Shown here: positions 38,366-48,658 of the stretch, piece by piece
How positions within the stretch are numbered: position 1 is the first letter of the stretch
Layout of the letters: the number at the start of each line of letters is the position of its first letter
From: an uncultured virus (IMG/VR IMGVR_UViG_3300044655_001510)
Taxonomy: Duplodnaviria; Heunggongvirae; Uroviricota; Caudoviricetes
Virus record (IMG/VR): IMGVR_UViG_3300044655_001510
DNA: 64,000 nucleotides
Reading direction: 5' to 3' (one strand)
Program-made: the position numbers and the translations under genes
Notes under the pieces: generated by a model
What the model was told of the DNA's origin: nothing
The model's input: only the letters and a program-made list of their open reading frames with translations
The model's database searches: none

Positions 38366-38989
38366 ATGTTCAAGGCCGAACAAGTTTGGGCAGCTGCTAT
38401 CGCCGCCCATCGAATCAATGGAGAGTATCTTCAAAATTCAGACGAATGGAGTTCAGAATCTCCACGTCTTTCAAACAAAGCCTTAATCAAACAATGGCTT
38501 TACTCTAATACGATTCCAGCAACCGATGAAGACTACAAAGCAGCTATCGAGTGCCGTAATCATATCAAGGGATACTTGTTCCTAGAAATCGCAAATACCA
38601 TATCAGAATTTCAACATATAGCACTTAAGATTGCTCAAATGGATACCTTTACAAGCCATCATCTTTTCGAGTTTTCAGTCGTTGCTTGCTTACCAATGGT
38701 AATGCAAATGGATTTGGTTCGTAAAACAGTTGATATGACTCCTTATCTAACCTTACCAGGCCATGCCGGTGATAAAGTCGTGGATACTATATCCGTTGTT
38801 TCTTGTGTCTATAACGAGAACTATCGTAAGTATAAAGTCACAGCTATCCTAGGTGAAACCTTAGTTGAATTCTGGAATCGTGAGTTTATCGACGGGCACT
38901 ATCATATTGATGCTAGTATCAAATCAGTCAATGTGGATCATACTACGAAATTAAATCACGTAAAGAGGTTGACTCCTATATATCTATAG
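38366..38989 (+). CDS. Hypothetical protein with OB-fold-like C-terminus
   Basis: GGAGG RBS; TTKLNHVK terminus. Confidence 0.7.
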   Translation: MFKAEQVWAAAIAAHRINGEYLQNSDEWSSESPRLSNKALIKQWLYSNTIPATDEDYKAAIECRNHIKGYLFLEIANTISEFQHIALKIAQMDTFTSHHLFEFSVVACLPMVMQMDLVRKTVDMTPYLTLPGHAGDKVVDTISVVSCVYNENYRKYKVTAILGETLVEFWNREFIDGHYHIDASIKSVNVDHTTKLNHVKRLTPIYL

Positions 38990-39038
38990 TATACAATTCG
39001 TTCCGTGGTTGGCAGTAATGGCCTAAAAGATAATTGTG

Positions 39039-39066
39039 TTGACAACCTGATCTTTTAGTCTATAAT
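39039..39066 (+). promoter_or_regulatory. Sigma70-type promoter with ATCTTTTAG in spacer
   Basis: TTGACA-16-TATAAT. Confidence 0.7.
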
Positions 39067-39174
39067 AGCCACATCGTCACTGAGACGAGAAACCTAAAAG
39101 AAACTACTTGACAACATCATCTTTTAGATTTAAACTACAACCTTAACATTAACTTTTTCAAAAGCGAGATTACA

Positions 39175-40260
39175 ATGAGCACAGATATCAGCACACGTTT
39201 AGTTGGCCCTAAAGCAGCAAAAAAAGCAATTCAACACTCAATCAAAAAACGCCGTCCTATTTTTGTCTGGGGCGCACCAGGAATTGGTAAGTCGGATCTG
39301 GTCAAACAAATCGGTCAAGAACAACACCGTGAAGTTATTGACATCCGTTTAGCTTTATGGGAACCTACCGATATCAAAGGTATTCCTTACTATAACCAAG
39401 AAGCTAAAACCATGCTATGGGCAGAACCTGCTGAATTACCTAGTGATCCAGAATCAACTGCAATTCTCTTCTTAGACGAATTAAACTCAGCACCACCAGC
39501 AGTTCAAGCCGCTGCTTACCAACTTATCTTAAACCGTAGAGTAGGTAACTATGTCTTACCAGACGGTGTAGATATCGTAGCAGCTGGTAACCGTGATGGC
39601 GATAGAGGTGTAACATTCCGTATGCCAAGTCCTCTAGCAAATCGATTTGTACATTTAGAAACTACCACGGATTTCGATGACTGGCAAGAATGGGCAATCC
39701 AAAACCAAATCCATCCAGAAGTTATTGGTTACTTGGGTTTTGCTAAACAAGACTTGTATGACTTTAAACCAGCAAGCTCTAGTAAAGCATTCGCTACACC
39801 ACGCTCTTGGTCTTTCGTATCTGAATTGCTAGATGATGAATCTACTATCGACAGCGAAACTTTACATACATTAGTTGCTGGTGCTATCGGTGATGGTCTA
39901 AGTATCAAGTTTATGGCTCATCGCAAAATCGCAGGTAAAATGCCAACTGCTGATGATATCTTAGATGGTAAAGTAACTAAGCTAGACGTTAAAGAAATCT
40001 CGGCTATGTACTCGTTGACTATTTCACTTTGCTACGAGTTAAAAGATCGTGCTGAAAAGAAAGCAGCCGGTTGGAATGACATGGCTAACAACTTCTTTAC
40101 TTATATGATGGCTAACTTCCCAACTGAATTAGTTGTGATGGGTGCAAGAACCGGATTGGTATCTTATAACTTACCATTCGATGCAACTAAAATGCCTTCA
40201 TTCCATCAGTTCTCTGAAAAATATGGCAAATTGATCATCCAAGCGATGTCAGATAAGTAA
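39175..40260 (+). CDS. MoxR/dynein-related AAA+ ATPase
   Basis: GAPGIGKS, LFLDELN, AAGNR, PLANRF, TPRSW. Confidence 0.9.
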   Translation: MSTDISTRLVGPKAAKKAIQHSIKKRRPIFVWGAPGIGKSDLVKQIGQEQHREVIDIRLALWEPTDIKGIPYYNQEAKTMLWAEPAELPSDPESTAILFLDELNSAPPAVQAAAYQLILNRRVGNYVLPDGVDIVAAGNRDGDRGVTFRMPSPLANRFVHLETTTDFDDWQEWAIQNQIHPEVIGYLGFAKQDLYDFKPASSSKAFATPRSWSFVSELLDDESTIDSETLHTLVAGAIGDGLSIKFMAHRKIAGKMPTADDILDGKVTKLDVKEISAMYSLTISLCYELKDRAEKKAAGWNDMANNFFTYMMANFPTELVVMGARTGLVSYNLPFDATKMPSFHQFSEKYGKLIIQAMSDK

Positions 40261-40268
40261 GTTCTTCT

Positions 40269-40298
40269 GGTAGCGGTGTAAAAGCCGCTACCTTTTTT
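40269..40298 (+). terminator. Intrinsic terminator
   Basis: GGTAGCGG..CCGCTACC followed by T6. Confidence 0.75.
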
Positions 40299-40318
40299 CA
40301 ATTCTAAGAGGTTCTCAA

Positions 40319-40603
40319 ATGATTCAACCTTTAAACGACCGACTCTTTATCAAAAAGATTCCAACTGGAACTGTTACCGCAGGCGGTATCGTACTCCCTG
40401 GTGCAGCTGCCGAAAAACCAAGCATCGGTGAAGTCATTGCAGCAGGTCCAGGTAAAGAAATGCCAGATGGCTCTACCAGACCAATGCACGTAGCAGTCGG
40501 TGATCGAGTTCTTTTCCTTAAAACCGCTGGTACCGATATCAAAATCGACGACGATACCCTAACCCAAATGATCGAAGATGACGTATTGGCTATCTTAGCT
40601 TAA
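40319..40603 (+). CDS. groES: Co-chaperonin GroES
   Basis: PLNDR, TAGGIVLPG mobile loop, EKP..GEVIAAGPG, VGDRVLF. Confidence 0.95.
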   Translation: MIQPLNDRLFIKKIPTGTVTAGGIVLPGAAAEKPSIGEVIAAGPGKEMPDGSTRPMHVAVGDRVLFLKTAGTDIKIDDDTLTQMIEDDVLAILA

Positions 40604-40918
40604 AACTTAATAGACTAGAAGATGATGGCGTTGTAGTCTATTATCTTTTAGTCTCATTTCAGGAGAATAATAATGAAAAACGACTCATTTCTAATAGTAC
40701 TCGTAATCCTAGCAATTGTCATACCCATTGCTGCAATGATCCTCGGTATCAGCAAATATCAATCAAGAACTCAACTAGCAACAGATTCGGGTTGTACTTA
40801 CCTAGGTTCTCCGCGTGATCTAACGCAGGTTGGATTCTACAATTGCAACGGTTCCGTAGTTATGAAACTGGATAAGTAATACCCATAAATACGAGTAAAT
40901 CTTATTCGGAGAAATATC

Positions 40919-42370
40919 ATGACAGCACCTTTGCTGAAATCACAAGAAATACTTTTAGTTAGTAGTAATGACACCACCGTGAATGGTGATGCAGGATCAG
41001 GCATTGAAGTTGTTATAATCGGACAGGGCGTTACCGGAGCTATACTAGATATAAACGTAGAACGTGTTGCACTAAATGGCAACTCGTCTGACTTTACTTT
41101 CCAAAAACAAGGCAGTGATTTGGTGATTATAAGTGGATCGTCAACTGTAGCAACTATATCAATCCAAGCAGATGCTAACGGAACGCAAGTAACATTCAAT
41201 AACGGTACAGTTAATGTTTTTGCAGGCCAAGCTGGTATGACATTCGGTGGAGTAACCGTAGGCACCATCGCAGCCAATATAACACCTCTATCAATAGATC
41301 CATACTTAATTACTTCTAGTACAACACCTCCGCCAGTCCCTGGCGATACAACACCACCGACATTAGTAAGCGCAGATACTAGTACAGCTGGACAGATTAG
41401 ATTAACATTCGACGAGGATTTGAACACAACCACCGCACCGCCAACTGCATTTGAGGTTACCGTGGATGGTGTACTTAGATCCATTGCTTCGCTGGGAGTT
41501 ATGGGAACCACCGTATATTTGTCGTTATCAACTCCTGTATACACTGGACAATTGGTGACTGTCACGTACACAGACCCAACTGCTGGCGATGACGCAAATG
41601 CAATTCAAGATTTAGCTGGAAATGATGCTGCTTCAATTACAAGCACGCAAGTAACAAATAACAGCACAGTACCAGTTCCACCACCAGATACCACACCACC
41701 GACTTACCAGGGTGTATCTGTAGACTGGACTGGTGATGGAATTTTAATACTATATAGTGAACAATTAACCGACACTACAACCGTACCAACATCTGCATTT
41801 GTTGTAAAAGCAAATGGTGTGTCAGTGACTGTTGATAGTATGCGGGTAATTAATAGTCAGCCGTTCGTGAGATTGTTCTTACCAACTGGGTCTATACTAA
41901 AAGGCCAAACAGTAACGGTAGGTTATGTAGCACCAGGTGGTTCAGGACCAGATGTTCTAAAAGACTTGGCTGGAAATCCAGCAGCAACATCCCCTGAATA
42001 TTTGGCTTATAATTTCAGCACAGTAACTAATCCAAGTGATCTTACCTTACCTATATTGATGGGTGCTTTTAGTGGCGGTGGTAATACTTTATTGGGGTTG
42101 TCTTATAACGAACCGTTAGGAGGCGCAGTAGTACCGCCATCTGCGTTTACGGTTACAGTCAATGGATCACCAGTAAACGTTGTTAGTGTTCAGCCTATTA
42201 TAGCAGAATCAAATAGCGTTTATATGGAGTTAGCTAGTGCTGTACCATTGGGTTCTACTGCTACGATTAGTTATACAGACCCAGGAGGTGCCAATGGTAT
42301 TATAGACGTGGCTGGTAATCGCGCAGCATCGTATACAAATCGGGCAGTTTACACCGGCGTTGCTCCTTAA
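40919..42370 (+). CDS. Surface protein with three SwmB/Ig-like repeats
   Basis: DTTPPT..L.F/Y.E.L..AF.V.V.G..VTV.Y..DLAGN.A repeats; TAAATA upstream. Confidence 0.75.
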   Translation: MTAPLLKSQEILLVSSNDTTVNGDAGSGIEVVIIGQGVTGAILDINVERVALNGNSSDFTFQKQGSDLVIISGSSTVATISIQADANGTQVTFNNGTVNVFAGQAGMTFGGVTVGTIAANITPLSIDPYLITSSTTPPPVPGDTTPPTLVSADTSTAGQIRLTFDEDLNTTTAPPTAFEVTVDGVLRSIASLGVMGTTVYLSLSTPVYTGQLVTVTYTDPTAGDDANAIQDLAGNDAASITSTQVTNNSTVPVPPPDTTPPTYQGVSVDWTGDGILILYSEQLTDTTTVPTSAFVVKANGVSVTVDSMRVINSQPFVRLFLPTGSILKGQTVTVGYVAPGGSGPDVLKDLAGNPAATSPEYLAYNFSTVTNPSDLTLPILMGAFSGGGNTLLGLSYNEPLGGAVVPPSAFTVTVNGSPVNVVSVQPIIAESNSVYMELASAVPLGSTATISYTDPGGANGIIDVAGNRAASYTNRAVYTGVAP

Positions 42371-42398
42371 TTCATTTATCTATTGAGTTTTGATGGGT

Positions 42399-42565
42399 AC
42401 CTTATCTTTTAGATTTGGTACCTTATTTTTTAATTATCTTTTAGATTGGGTATTGTGTACATTATCTTTTAGAAAACAGTTGACAGTCAATTATCTTTTA
42501 GATTGGGTATTGTGTACATTATCTTTTAGAAATACCTTGACAGTCAATTATCTTTTAGCTACAAT
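42399..42565 (+). repeat. Six tandem ATCTTTTAG boxes at ~29-bp period, ending in a sigma70 promoter
   Basis: ~58-bp duplicated unit; TTGACA-17-TACAAT at 42537-42565. Confidence 0.85.
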
Positions 42566-42603
42566 ACAAACACCTTAACAACTAAACAACAGGAATATAC
42601 CTT

Positions 42604-43806
42604 ATGTTACTAACTCCCATCGAAGAAAAACTCACGGTTGCTCGCATCGGTCTCATGCTACGGGCTAGCTTTTTTGGTAATTTGGCATCTCGGATGAAAC
42701 TTATAAAAAGTGACGATTGGTGCTCAACTGCCGCGACTAACGGCCGCGACTTCTACTACAACTCCGAATTTGTTGAAAAACTATCGGTTAAGAATCTCGA
42801 ATTTTTATTTGGTCATGAGATTCTACATTGTGCCTTGGATCATATGACAAGAACAGGATCACGTAATAGACGCATCGCAAATATCGCACAAGACTATGCC
42901 GTAAATTCGATTTTAATTGACGAAAAAATCGGAACACCGATTGATTTAGTACCCATACTCCATGACCCTCAGTATAGAAGCATGGCCTGGGAGCATATCT
43001 ACGATCTTCTTTTAGAAAACGCACAGACCATCTCGTTAGAAGATATACTTTCTGGCCAAGATTCGCTGGATGATCATCTTTCACCTGATGATAATGAAAT
43101 TGGAGATGGTGACGGTGATGGAAAAGAAGGTAGTGGTAAACCTAAGTTTTCAAAAGAAGAATGGCAGGAAATTAAAGATTCTCTCAAAGAAGCAATAGTC
43201 CAAGCACATGCAGCGGCTGCTGGTAACGTACCTGCTGCTATTAAACGACTAATTCAAGACATGACTGAACCTAAAATGAATTGGCGTGAATTGTTACAAA
43301 TGAATATTCAATCGGTTGTTCGTAGCAACTATTCATTTAGTAGACCTAGCCGTAAAGGTTGGGCTTCTGGTGCTATTCTTCCTGGTATGATACCAGAACA
43401 AACCATTGACATCGCAATTGCTTTAGACATGAGTGGATCTATCAGTAATACACAAGCGAATATTTTCTTATCAGAAGTGAACGGTATTATTAGTCAGTAC
43501 ACTGATTATAAAATCGATTTGTTCTGTTTTGATACAGCTGTGTACAATTCAAAAACCGTGACACATGACAATTCAGAGGATTTGTTAACCTATGAGGTTG
43601 TTGGTGGTGGTGGTACTGATTTCGCGTGTATATTAGAACATCTGAAAGAAAATAACATAACACCCAAAAAACTTGTAATATTTTCAGATGGTTACGTGAG
43701 TGATTGGATTAGTGAAATGGGTCAATACACAGATTGTCTTTTTATTCTACATGACAATCCTGGCTGCGAACCTCCATACGGGCAGTTCGTGCATTATACT
43801 GACTAA
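42604..43806 (+). CDS. Metallopeptidase-vWA (DUF2201-type) protein, partner of MoxR ATPase
   Basis: TAATNG, HEILH, DMSGS MIDAS, GGGGTDF, FSDG. Confidence 0.9.
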   Translation: MLLTPIEEKLTVARIGLMLRASFFGNLASRMKLIKSDDWCSTAATNGRDFYYNSEFVEKLSVKNLEFLFGHEILHCALDHMTRTGSRNRRIANIAQDYAVNSILIDEKIGTPIDLVPILHDPQYRSMAWEHIYDLLLENAQTISLEDILSGQDSLDDHLSPDDNEIGDGDGDGKEGSGKPKFSKEEWQEIKDSLKEAIVQAHAAAAGNVPAAIKRLIQDMTEPKMNWRELLQMNIQSVVRSNYSFSRPSRKGWASGAILPGMIPEQTIDIAIALDMSGSISNTQANIFLSEVNGIISQYTDYKIDLFCFDTAVYNSKTVTHDNSEDLLTYEVVGGGGTDFACILEHLKENNITPKKLVIFSDGYVSDWISEMGQYTDCLFILHDNPGCEPPYGQFVHYTD

Positions 43807-43885
43807 AAGATAATAGAAAAGCCAGTAGACTTATAATCCACTGGCTTTTTAGTAATAGGCTCGCACCTACCGGCGCTCGCAATAA

Positions 43886-45295
43886 TTACTTTTGTTTTTT
43901 ACGTGATGTTAACGGTTTATCCGATGGTAACTTACCAGGCAACCAATCAAGACCAACAGTTTCATGTTTTCGCAATATTTTAGTTTCTCGGGTAATCGGG
44001 TTGTGTACTCTTACCGGAACTGTACCACCAACTTCATGTGGTAGTTGTGTATAATCAGAAGAAACTCTGCGATTACCAATTGCATGAATAGACCGTATTG
44101 TTTTCTGGCCTGACTGTGCGGTATAGTAGAGGTGTTTATTGGTGTTATATTCCTCCTTAGTGATAAAAACCTTTTCATTAGATGTTTTAATGAATGCAGT
44201 TAGCATACCATCTGTCACCGTTCTGTATATATGTTTATTATTCTGATATACGGACTTATGAAGAAATACACCTTCACCAGTTTCGATGTTTATGACATAT
44301 ACCATACCAACGGTGTGAGATTCGTATAACTCTCGGTTATTTGCAAACTCTTCGCTTGAAATGCGAGTATATTCACCAGTAGCTAATACTTTTACATATG
44401 CAGTACCAGCAGTTAATACTTCGTAAACATCGAGATTCGAATAGTATTCTGATGTAGTGATGTGTACCATTTCACCTGTTGTCCTAATTTTCACGGCAAT
44501 CATTCCAGAAAATATGCTTTGATATTTGTCTGGGTTGCTGTAAAACTCATCTACTGAAAGATGCACGATATTTCCAGTGGTAATCTCTCTGGCATTTAGC
44601 ATACCAGTTGAAAACGATGCGTATTTTTCCTTATTAGCGTGGTATTCATCCACATCAACCCATCTAACCTCACCAGTTTGCACATCGGTGACAATAACAG
44701 TTCCTTGCTTGATTGAAACGTATTTGTCTTTATTCGAATAATACACTTCACATGGGATGCTTTTTGTTGCATTCGTTGAAATCTCACGTACCGTGACCAT
44801 CCCCGTACATGCAGTCTCATACAAATCAATATTTCCATGATATTCTTCCACCGGTATGGTCATGTATTCACCAGTTTCTTTGCTTTTAGCAGTAGTCATA
44901 CCAACGAATGAGTTGGCAACTTTAGTGCGAGCGTCCACATAGTAAGTTTGTAGTTCTTTAAACTTAAGGGTGACAGCATGATTTCTGTGACTAGCCTTGT
45001 TACACATTATACAAAATGCACTGGCCATAGCAACCTCGTTTGGGTATGCGTTTGTAAGAATTAAGTGTGCTATGAAGTGTTGTCCTAGGGTTAATTGAAT
45101 ACCATTCCATTTATGGTTTATGAGGTTTTCATATTCTGGAAACATCGACTTGGGGCAGATATGATGAAGCTCGGTATAAGTGCCTTCTGGTAGATTCTCG
45201 TTTAATAATCTGCATCTATTGATGAATAGTTTGTAGATTTTAAGTTGGCGATTGTTGTGTTCTTTGCTCGAAAGAATTGAAGCATAAATATCCAT
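43886..45295 (-). CDS. HNH-type endonuclease with eight 33-aa tandem repeats
   Basis: ELHHICPKSMFPEY..LTLGQHFIAHLIL; repeats GMxxV..TGE..v..eeY..Nk..Y. Confidence 0.75.
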   Translation of the reverse strand: MDIYASILSSKEHNNRQLKIYKLFINRCRLLNENLPEGTYTELHHICPKSMFPEYENLINHKWNGIQLTLGQHFIAHLILTNAYPNEVAMASAFCIMCNKASHRNHAVTLKFKELQTYYVDARTKVANSFVGMTTAKSKETGEYMTIPVEEYHGNIDLYETACTGMVTVREISTNATKSIPCEVYYSNKDKYVSIKQGTVIVTDVQTGEVRWVDVDEYHANKEKYASFSTGMLNAREITTGNIVHLSVDEFYSNPDKYQSIFSGMIAVKIRTTGEMVHITTSEYYSNLDVYEVLTAGTAYVKVLATGEYTRISSEEFANNRELYESHTVGMVYVINIETGEGVFLHKSVYQNNKHIYRTVTDGMLTAFIKTSNEKVFITKEEYNTNKHLYYTAQSGQKTIRSIHAIGNRRVSSDYTQLPHEVGGTVPVRVHNPITRETKILRKHETVGLDWLPGKLPSDKPLTSRKKQK

Positions 45296-45378
45296 GTTGG
45301 AACTCCTATAGTAAAATGAATAAGTTCTAAAGTAGTCAGAATCGGCAAAATTCGTGGACTACACCCTTATTTATCCTT
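45296..45378 (-). promoter_or_regulatory. Late promoter plus structured leader with RBS-sequestering hairpin
   Basis: GATAAATA, GTAGTC..GACTAC stem, GAACT..AGTTC stem over AGGAG; conserved at 51476-51553. Confidence 0.7.
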
Positions 45379-45561
45379 CCATTAAGAAAACCCCTTGACA
45401 CTCACCCTAAAAGATAATAGAATCTACCTAAACAAAGGCTCGGCCCTGTTAACGCGGTAATTGCATAAGGCTCGGCCCTATCAGGCCTCGCAACCAATCA
45501 TGAAACAAACTCATTAATGATTCTCTTGACACCAATTATCTTTAAGTTATAATCTCAAACA

Positions 45562-45855
45562 ATGTCTATACAAATAGCACCAATCGAATACTGGAAAGAT
45601 TTGACTATAAATGAAGCAAAGTTGTATTGTTTCTCGCTTACAATAAACGATCAAGTAGGATGGAGATTTCCTACTTATGCAGAATTGTTTTCGCTATGTG
45701 GAAAAGCCCACGCGGTTGCGACGTTTGCGTACCTAGACTTTTGGTATATATGTGATACTGGTATAGTTGACATAAGAACTGGATACTTGGAACTGGGTGA
45801 TGGTGAGAAATTAAGATTGCATTATAGTATTGTACCAGTGCGAGATATATACTAA
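45562..45855 (+). CDS. Minimal DUF1566/Lcl-C-like domain protein
   Basis: Family motifs; promoter TTGACA-16-TATAAT at 45526-45553. Confidence 0.85.
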   Translation: MSIQIAPIEYWKDLTINEAKLYCFSLTINDQVGWRFPTYAELFSLCGKAHAVATFAYLDFWYICDTGIVDIRTGYLELGDGEKLRLHYSIVPVRDIY

Positions 45856-46082
45856 TATACCTAGGAGAAAAACCATGCCAAAACGAATAGCAGATATCGG
45901 AGTACCCTTAATGTTTGCCTTATCTGCAGCAATAATAGTTGACGAATATTTGAAAGAAATTGAAACTTTTGAAGCTGATTTGAAATTCTTTCTGTTTAAC
46001 GATTCGATCTTAGTCATCTTGTATTTCTTAGCCTTTTACAAACCAGTTAAATAGCCTTAAACAACCACAAAAGAGGATTAGT

Positions 46083-46571
46083 ATGAAGTTCACAACAGAC
46101 CAAGTCAATGCCACTGGTGCCCATCAACAAGGCCAGATAGCCACTGACTACGATACCTTAGTCAATACCTTTGGACAACCAAACATTGGACCATCACCAG
46201 ACCCAGTAGATTCGAAAGTCACTTGCATGTGGACAATCCAGTTCGAGGATGGTATAGTAGCGACTATCTATGACTGGGATACGATTACTACGCCATTTCA
46301 TTTACATTCTTGGATTATTGGTGGGTATGACGCAAGGGCAGTTGATAAGGTTCTTGAAACTATAGACTTGCTGAAAGTTGATTATGCTTGGCAGAACAAA
46401 ACAGAAAGTCCACCTGCTAAACTTGAAAGTATTATTAGTATTATTGAGACTGGGTTATTCAGATTAAAAACTGCAGAAACACCGATGCAAACAGCTGAGT
46501 ACTTAAACTCATTAGGTGATATTTTAAAGTATCATGCACAGAAAATAGAAAATGGTCAATCATCCGAGTAA
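46083..46571 (+). CDS. Hypothetical phage protein
   Basis: QG..T.Y..LV..FG.P..KV..W..ATIYDW..W.IGG. Confidence 0.7.
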   Translation: MKFTTDQVNATGAHQQGQIATDYDTLVNTFGQPNIGPSPDPVDSKVTCMWTIQFEDGIVATIYDWDTITTPFHLHSWIIGGYDARAVDKVLETIDLLKVDYAWQNKTESPPAKLESIISIIETGLFRLKTAETPMQTAEYLNSLGDILKYHAQKIENGQSSE

Positions 46572-46589
46572 TCTAAAATGGGAGTTGTT

Positions 46590-47120
46590 ATGTTAAACAA
46601 AGTTACCAACATTGTAAAGTTACAACATTCAGATGCTACTGCATTAAGTCGAGCAGTGGCTGGTTTTAATGGTTCTGGTTTGTTACGTGCGTTGATGCCA
46701 ATTCCGCGTGAATTGTTTTTGGACGTTGAGTCTGAAGACATTGACTTGACAAGAGAAGCCAATAGACTTGAGTTTGGCTATTCCGATGCTTACGAGTTTT
46801 GTATTGCAGAATGGGGATGTACACGTGATATTGATTCTACATTCTTGAAATCGGAAGTGGTTGATGGCACTGCCGTACTAGAGTTTGATACTGTTGATAC
46901 AGCACCATTTGATGTGTATGAACGGTTGGTTGAACTTGGGTTTGATGTGGTTGCTTATTATTGGGAAAGAAGATTGGGTTATTGTGGTATTTGGGACAAT
47001 GGGTTAGATGACTTTGTTGACATTAGTCATTATTCGTCAGAGACAGTTAAGAACCTAATCGATCCAGAATTAGATTCTATTTTTGGGATAACAGCGAGTA
47101 TAGAGGAGCAGTTTGCGTGA
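46590..47120 (+). CDS. DUF1281/YubB ferredoxin-like protein
   Basis: LMPIP.EL..YEFC..WG..FDT..AP..AYY.E..CG. Confidence 0.7.
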   Translation: MLNKVTNIVKLQHSDATALSRAVAGFNGSGLLRALMPIPRELFLDVESEDIDLTREANRLEFGYSDAYEFCIAEWGCTRDIDSTFLKSEVVDGTAVLEFDTVDTAPFDVYERLVELGFDVVAYYWERRLGYCGIWDNGLDDFVDISHYSSETVKNLIDPELDSIFGITASIEEQFA

Positions 47121-47286
47121 GAAAATATCAGTATATGTTCACCATTGAATGTGGTGGTGATGGACGGGCTAACGTCGGGATGGTCGAGAATATGATCGAC
47201 TTGACTATGCAGGAACTAATCCACGATGATTCGTTTATCGAAGCATTAGATGAAAAGATAAGTGTAACTATTCAAGTCTTGCCAGT

Positions 47287-47679
47287 ATGATCAATTTACG
47301 TGCTATTCCTAACCAAACGTTGGAACAATGCCTTGCGTCAGTACGACGTGATGGTATGACTTTGGAATGGGTTGATACGCAAACTTTTGAAATTTGTTTG
47401 GCTGCAGTGACTCAAAACGGTTTAGCACTTCAATTTGTAGAACAACAAACTGCTGCTATTTGTGAAGCAGCAGTTGCACAAAACTTAGAAGCTCTGTTGT
47501 ATGTTTATGAGTTAACACCTGCGGTTTGTCTTGTTGCAGCACTACAAGATGACAGCGCGTTTAGGTATTTTGATTTAGATGTATTACCTGAATGCGAAGA
47601 GAAAGAAGAACTTAAGAACTTACACATGATTTCAATATTAAGTATAAAAGAGAGACTATATGATTCTGGCACCAGATGA
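47287..47679 (+). CDS. DUF4116-like repeat protein
   Basis: QT.EICLAAV.QNG.ALQFV repeats. Confidence 0.75.
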   Translation: MINLRAIPNQTLEQCLASVRRDGMTLEWVDTQTFEICLAAVTQNGLALQFVEQQTAAICEAAVAQNLEALLYVYELTPAVCLVAALQDDSAFRYFDLDVLPECEEKEELKNLHMISILSIKERLYDSGTR

Positions 47680-47870
47680 TACAAAACTAAACGGCTATTT
47701 GAATATTGGAGAATCCATTTCTTGGTCAGATACGATTGATTCAAAACCGCGAATGATAATTACTGTACGTGGAGATGCGATCAAAGCATCCGTACTTTGT
47801 AGTGATCTAAAAGATAATGAACGCATTAGTGTTTTAAAGTGGGTTAAAGCAAACTTAGATAGGTTTTGAT

Positions 47871-48134
47871 ATGGACGATAAAACTACTGATTTTGAAATC
47901 AATAGCGATTGGTTTAATGTGACTATGGAAGAGTTATTAGCATTGGAAGTTGACAACTCAGATGAAGATGCAGTAGAATACTGCCCATGCGGTGAATATT
48001 TAAGTGGTGAAGACATTGCTACAATAATCGCTGCTGAGAATGGTCCTTGGACTGGAATGACAGTCGAAGAAGCGATTGCACATAATAGAAAACTATGCGG
48101 AAGAGATAACGGAGAAAACGATGAGATTAAATGA
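47871..48134 (+). CDS. Small acidic protein (antitoxin-like)
   Basis: EDIA.II.AE.G.WT.MT.EE motif shared with next gene. Confidence 0.6.
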   Translation: MDDKTTDFEINSDWFNVTMEELLALEVDNSDEDAVEYCPCGEYLSGEDIATIIAAENGPWTGMTVEEAIAHNRKLCGRDNGENDEIK

Positions 48135-48288
48135 ATTTGTAAGACCATCTGATGAAGATATGTACAGTGAAGAAGACATTGCTAGAGTAATTGACGCAGA
48201 AGTTAATGGTAAGTGGACTAAGATGACATTAGAAGAAATCCTTGCATTTCACGATAAGATTGGAGGTATTGATAATGGCAAGTTATGA
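48121..48288 (+). CDS. Small acidic protein (antitoxin-like)
   Basis: MRLNEF start; paralogous to previous gene. Confidence 0.6.
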   Translation: MRLNEFVRPSDEDMYSEEDIARVIDAEVNGKWTKMTLEEILAFHDKIGGIDNGKL

Positions 48289-48655
48289 AATGTGTGATGT
48301 GTATATTGAAACTATACAAAAGTATCCGAACCTAGCACAGAAAATGAAAGACTTCATTCAGTTAAAAACAACCAACCCATCTCAGAGATTTGGGTCATCG
48401 GATTATCCATTCAACTCAGATGGTCCGTTAGGTAAGATGAAACTTAAACATGCACATATAACACAAGACATAAGTATATTCTACAAAATGGCGGGATCTC
48501 CATCCACATTATATCTATATGGCTTGTTCTCGCATAACGAATCTGGCACTGGTAATACTAAGAATAATAAACTACAGAAGTCATTGGCTGCTAGGCTAAA
48601 GAACCAATTCCCAGACCTAAAAGATGATTTAGATTACGACTTGGACCGGTTTTAG
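48275..48655 (+). CDS. RelE/YafQ-like ribonuclease toxin-fold protein
   Basis: KDFI..K..DYP..G.L..LKHAHITQDISIFY..LYLYGLFSH; GGAGG RBS. Confidence 0.55.
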   Translation: MASYEMCDVYIETIQKYPNLAQKMKDFIQLKTTNPSQRFGSSDYPFNSDGPLGKMKLKHAHITQDISIFYKMAGSPSTLYLYGLFSHNESGTGNTKNNKLQKSLAARLKNQFPDLKDDLDYDLDRF

Positions 48656-48658
48656 AAT

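Noticed and set aside
42390..42578. 62-aa repetitive ORF
   Set aside because: Translation of the tandem ATCTTTTAG boxes and promoter
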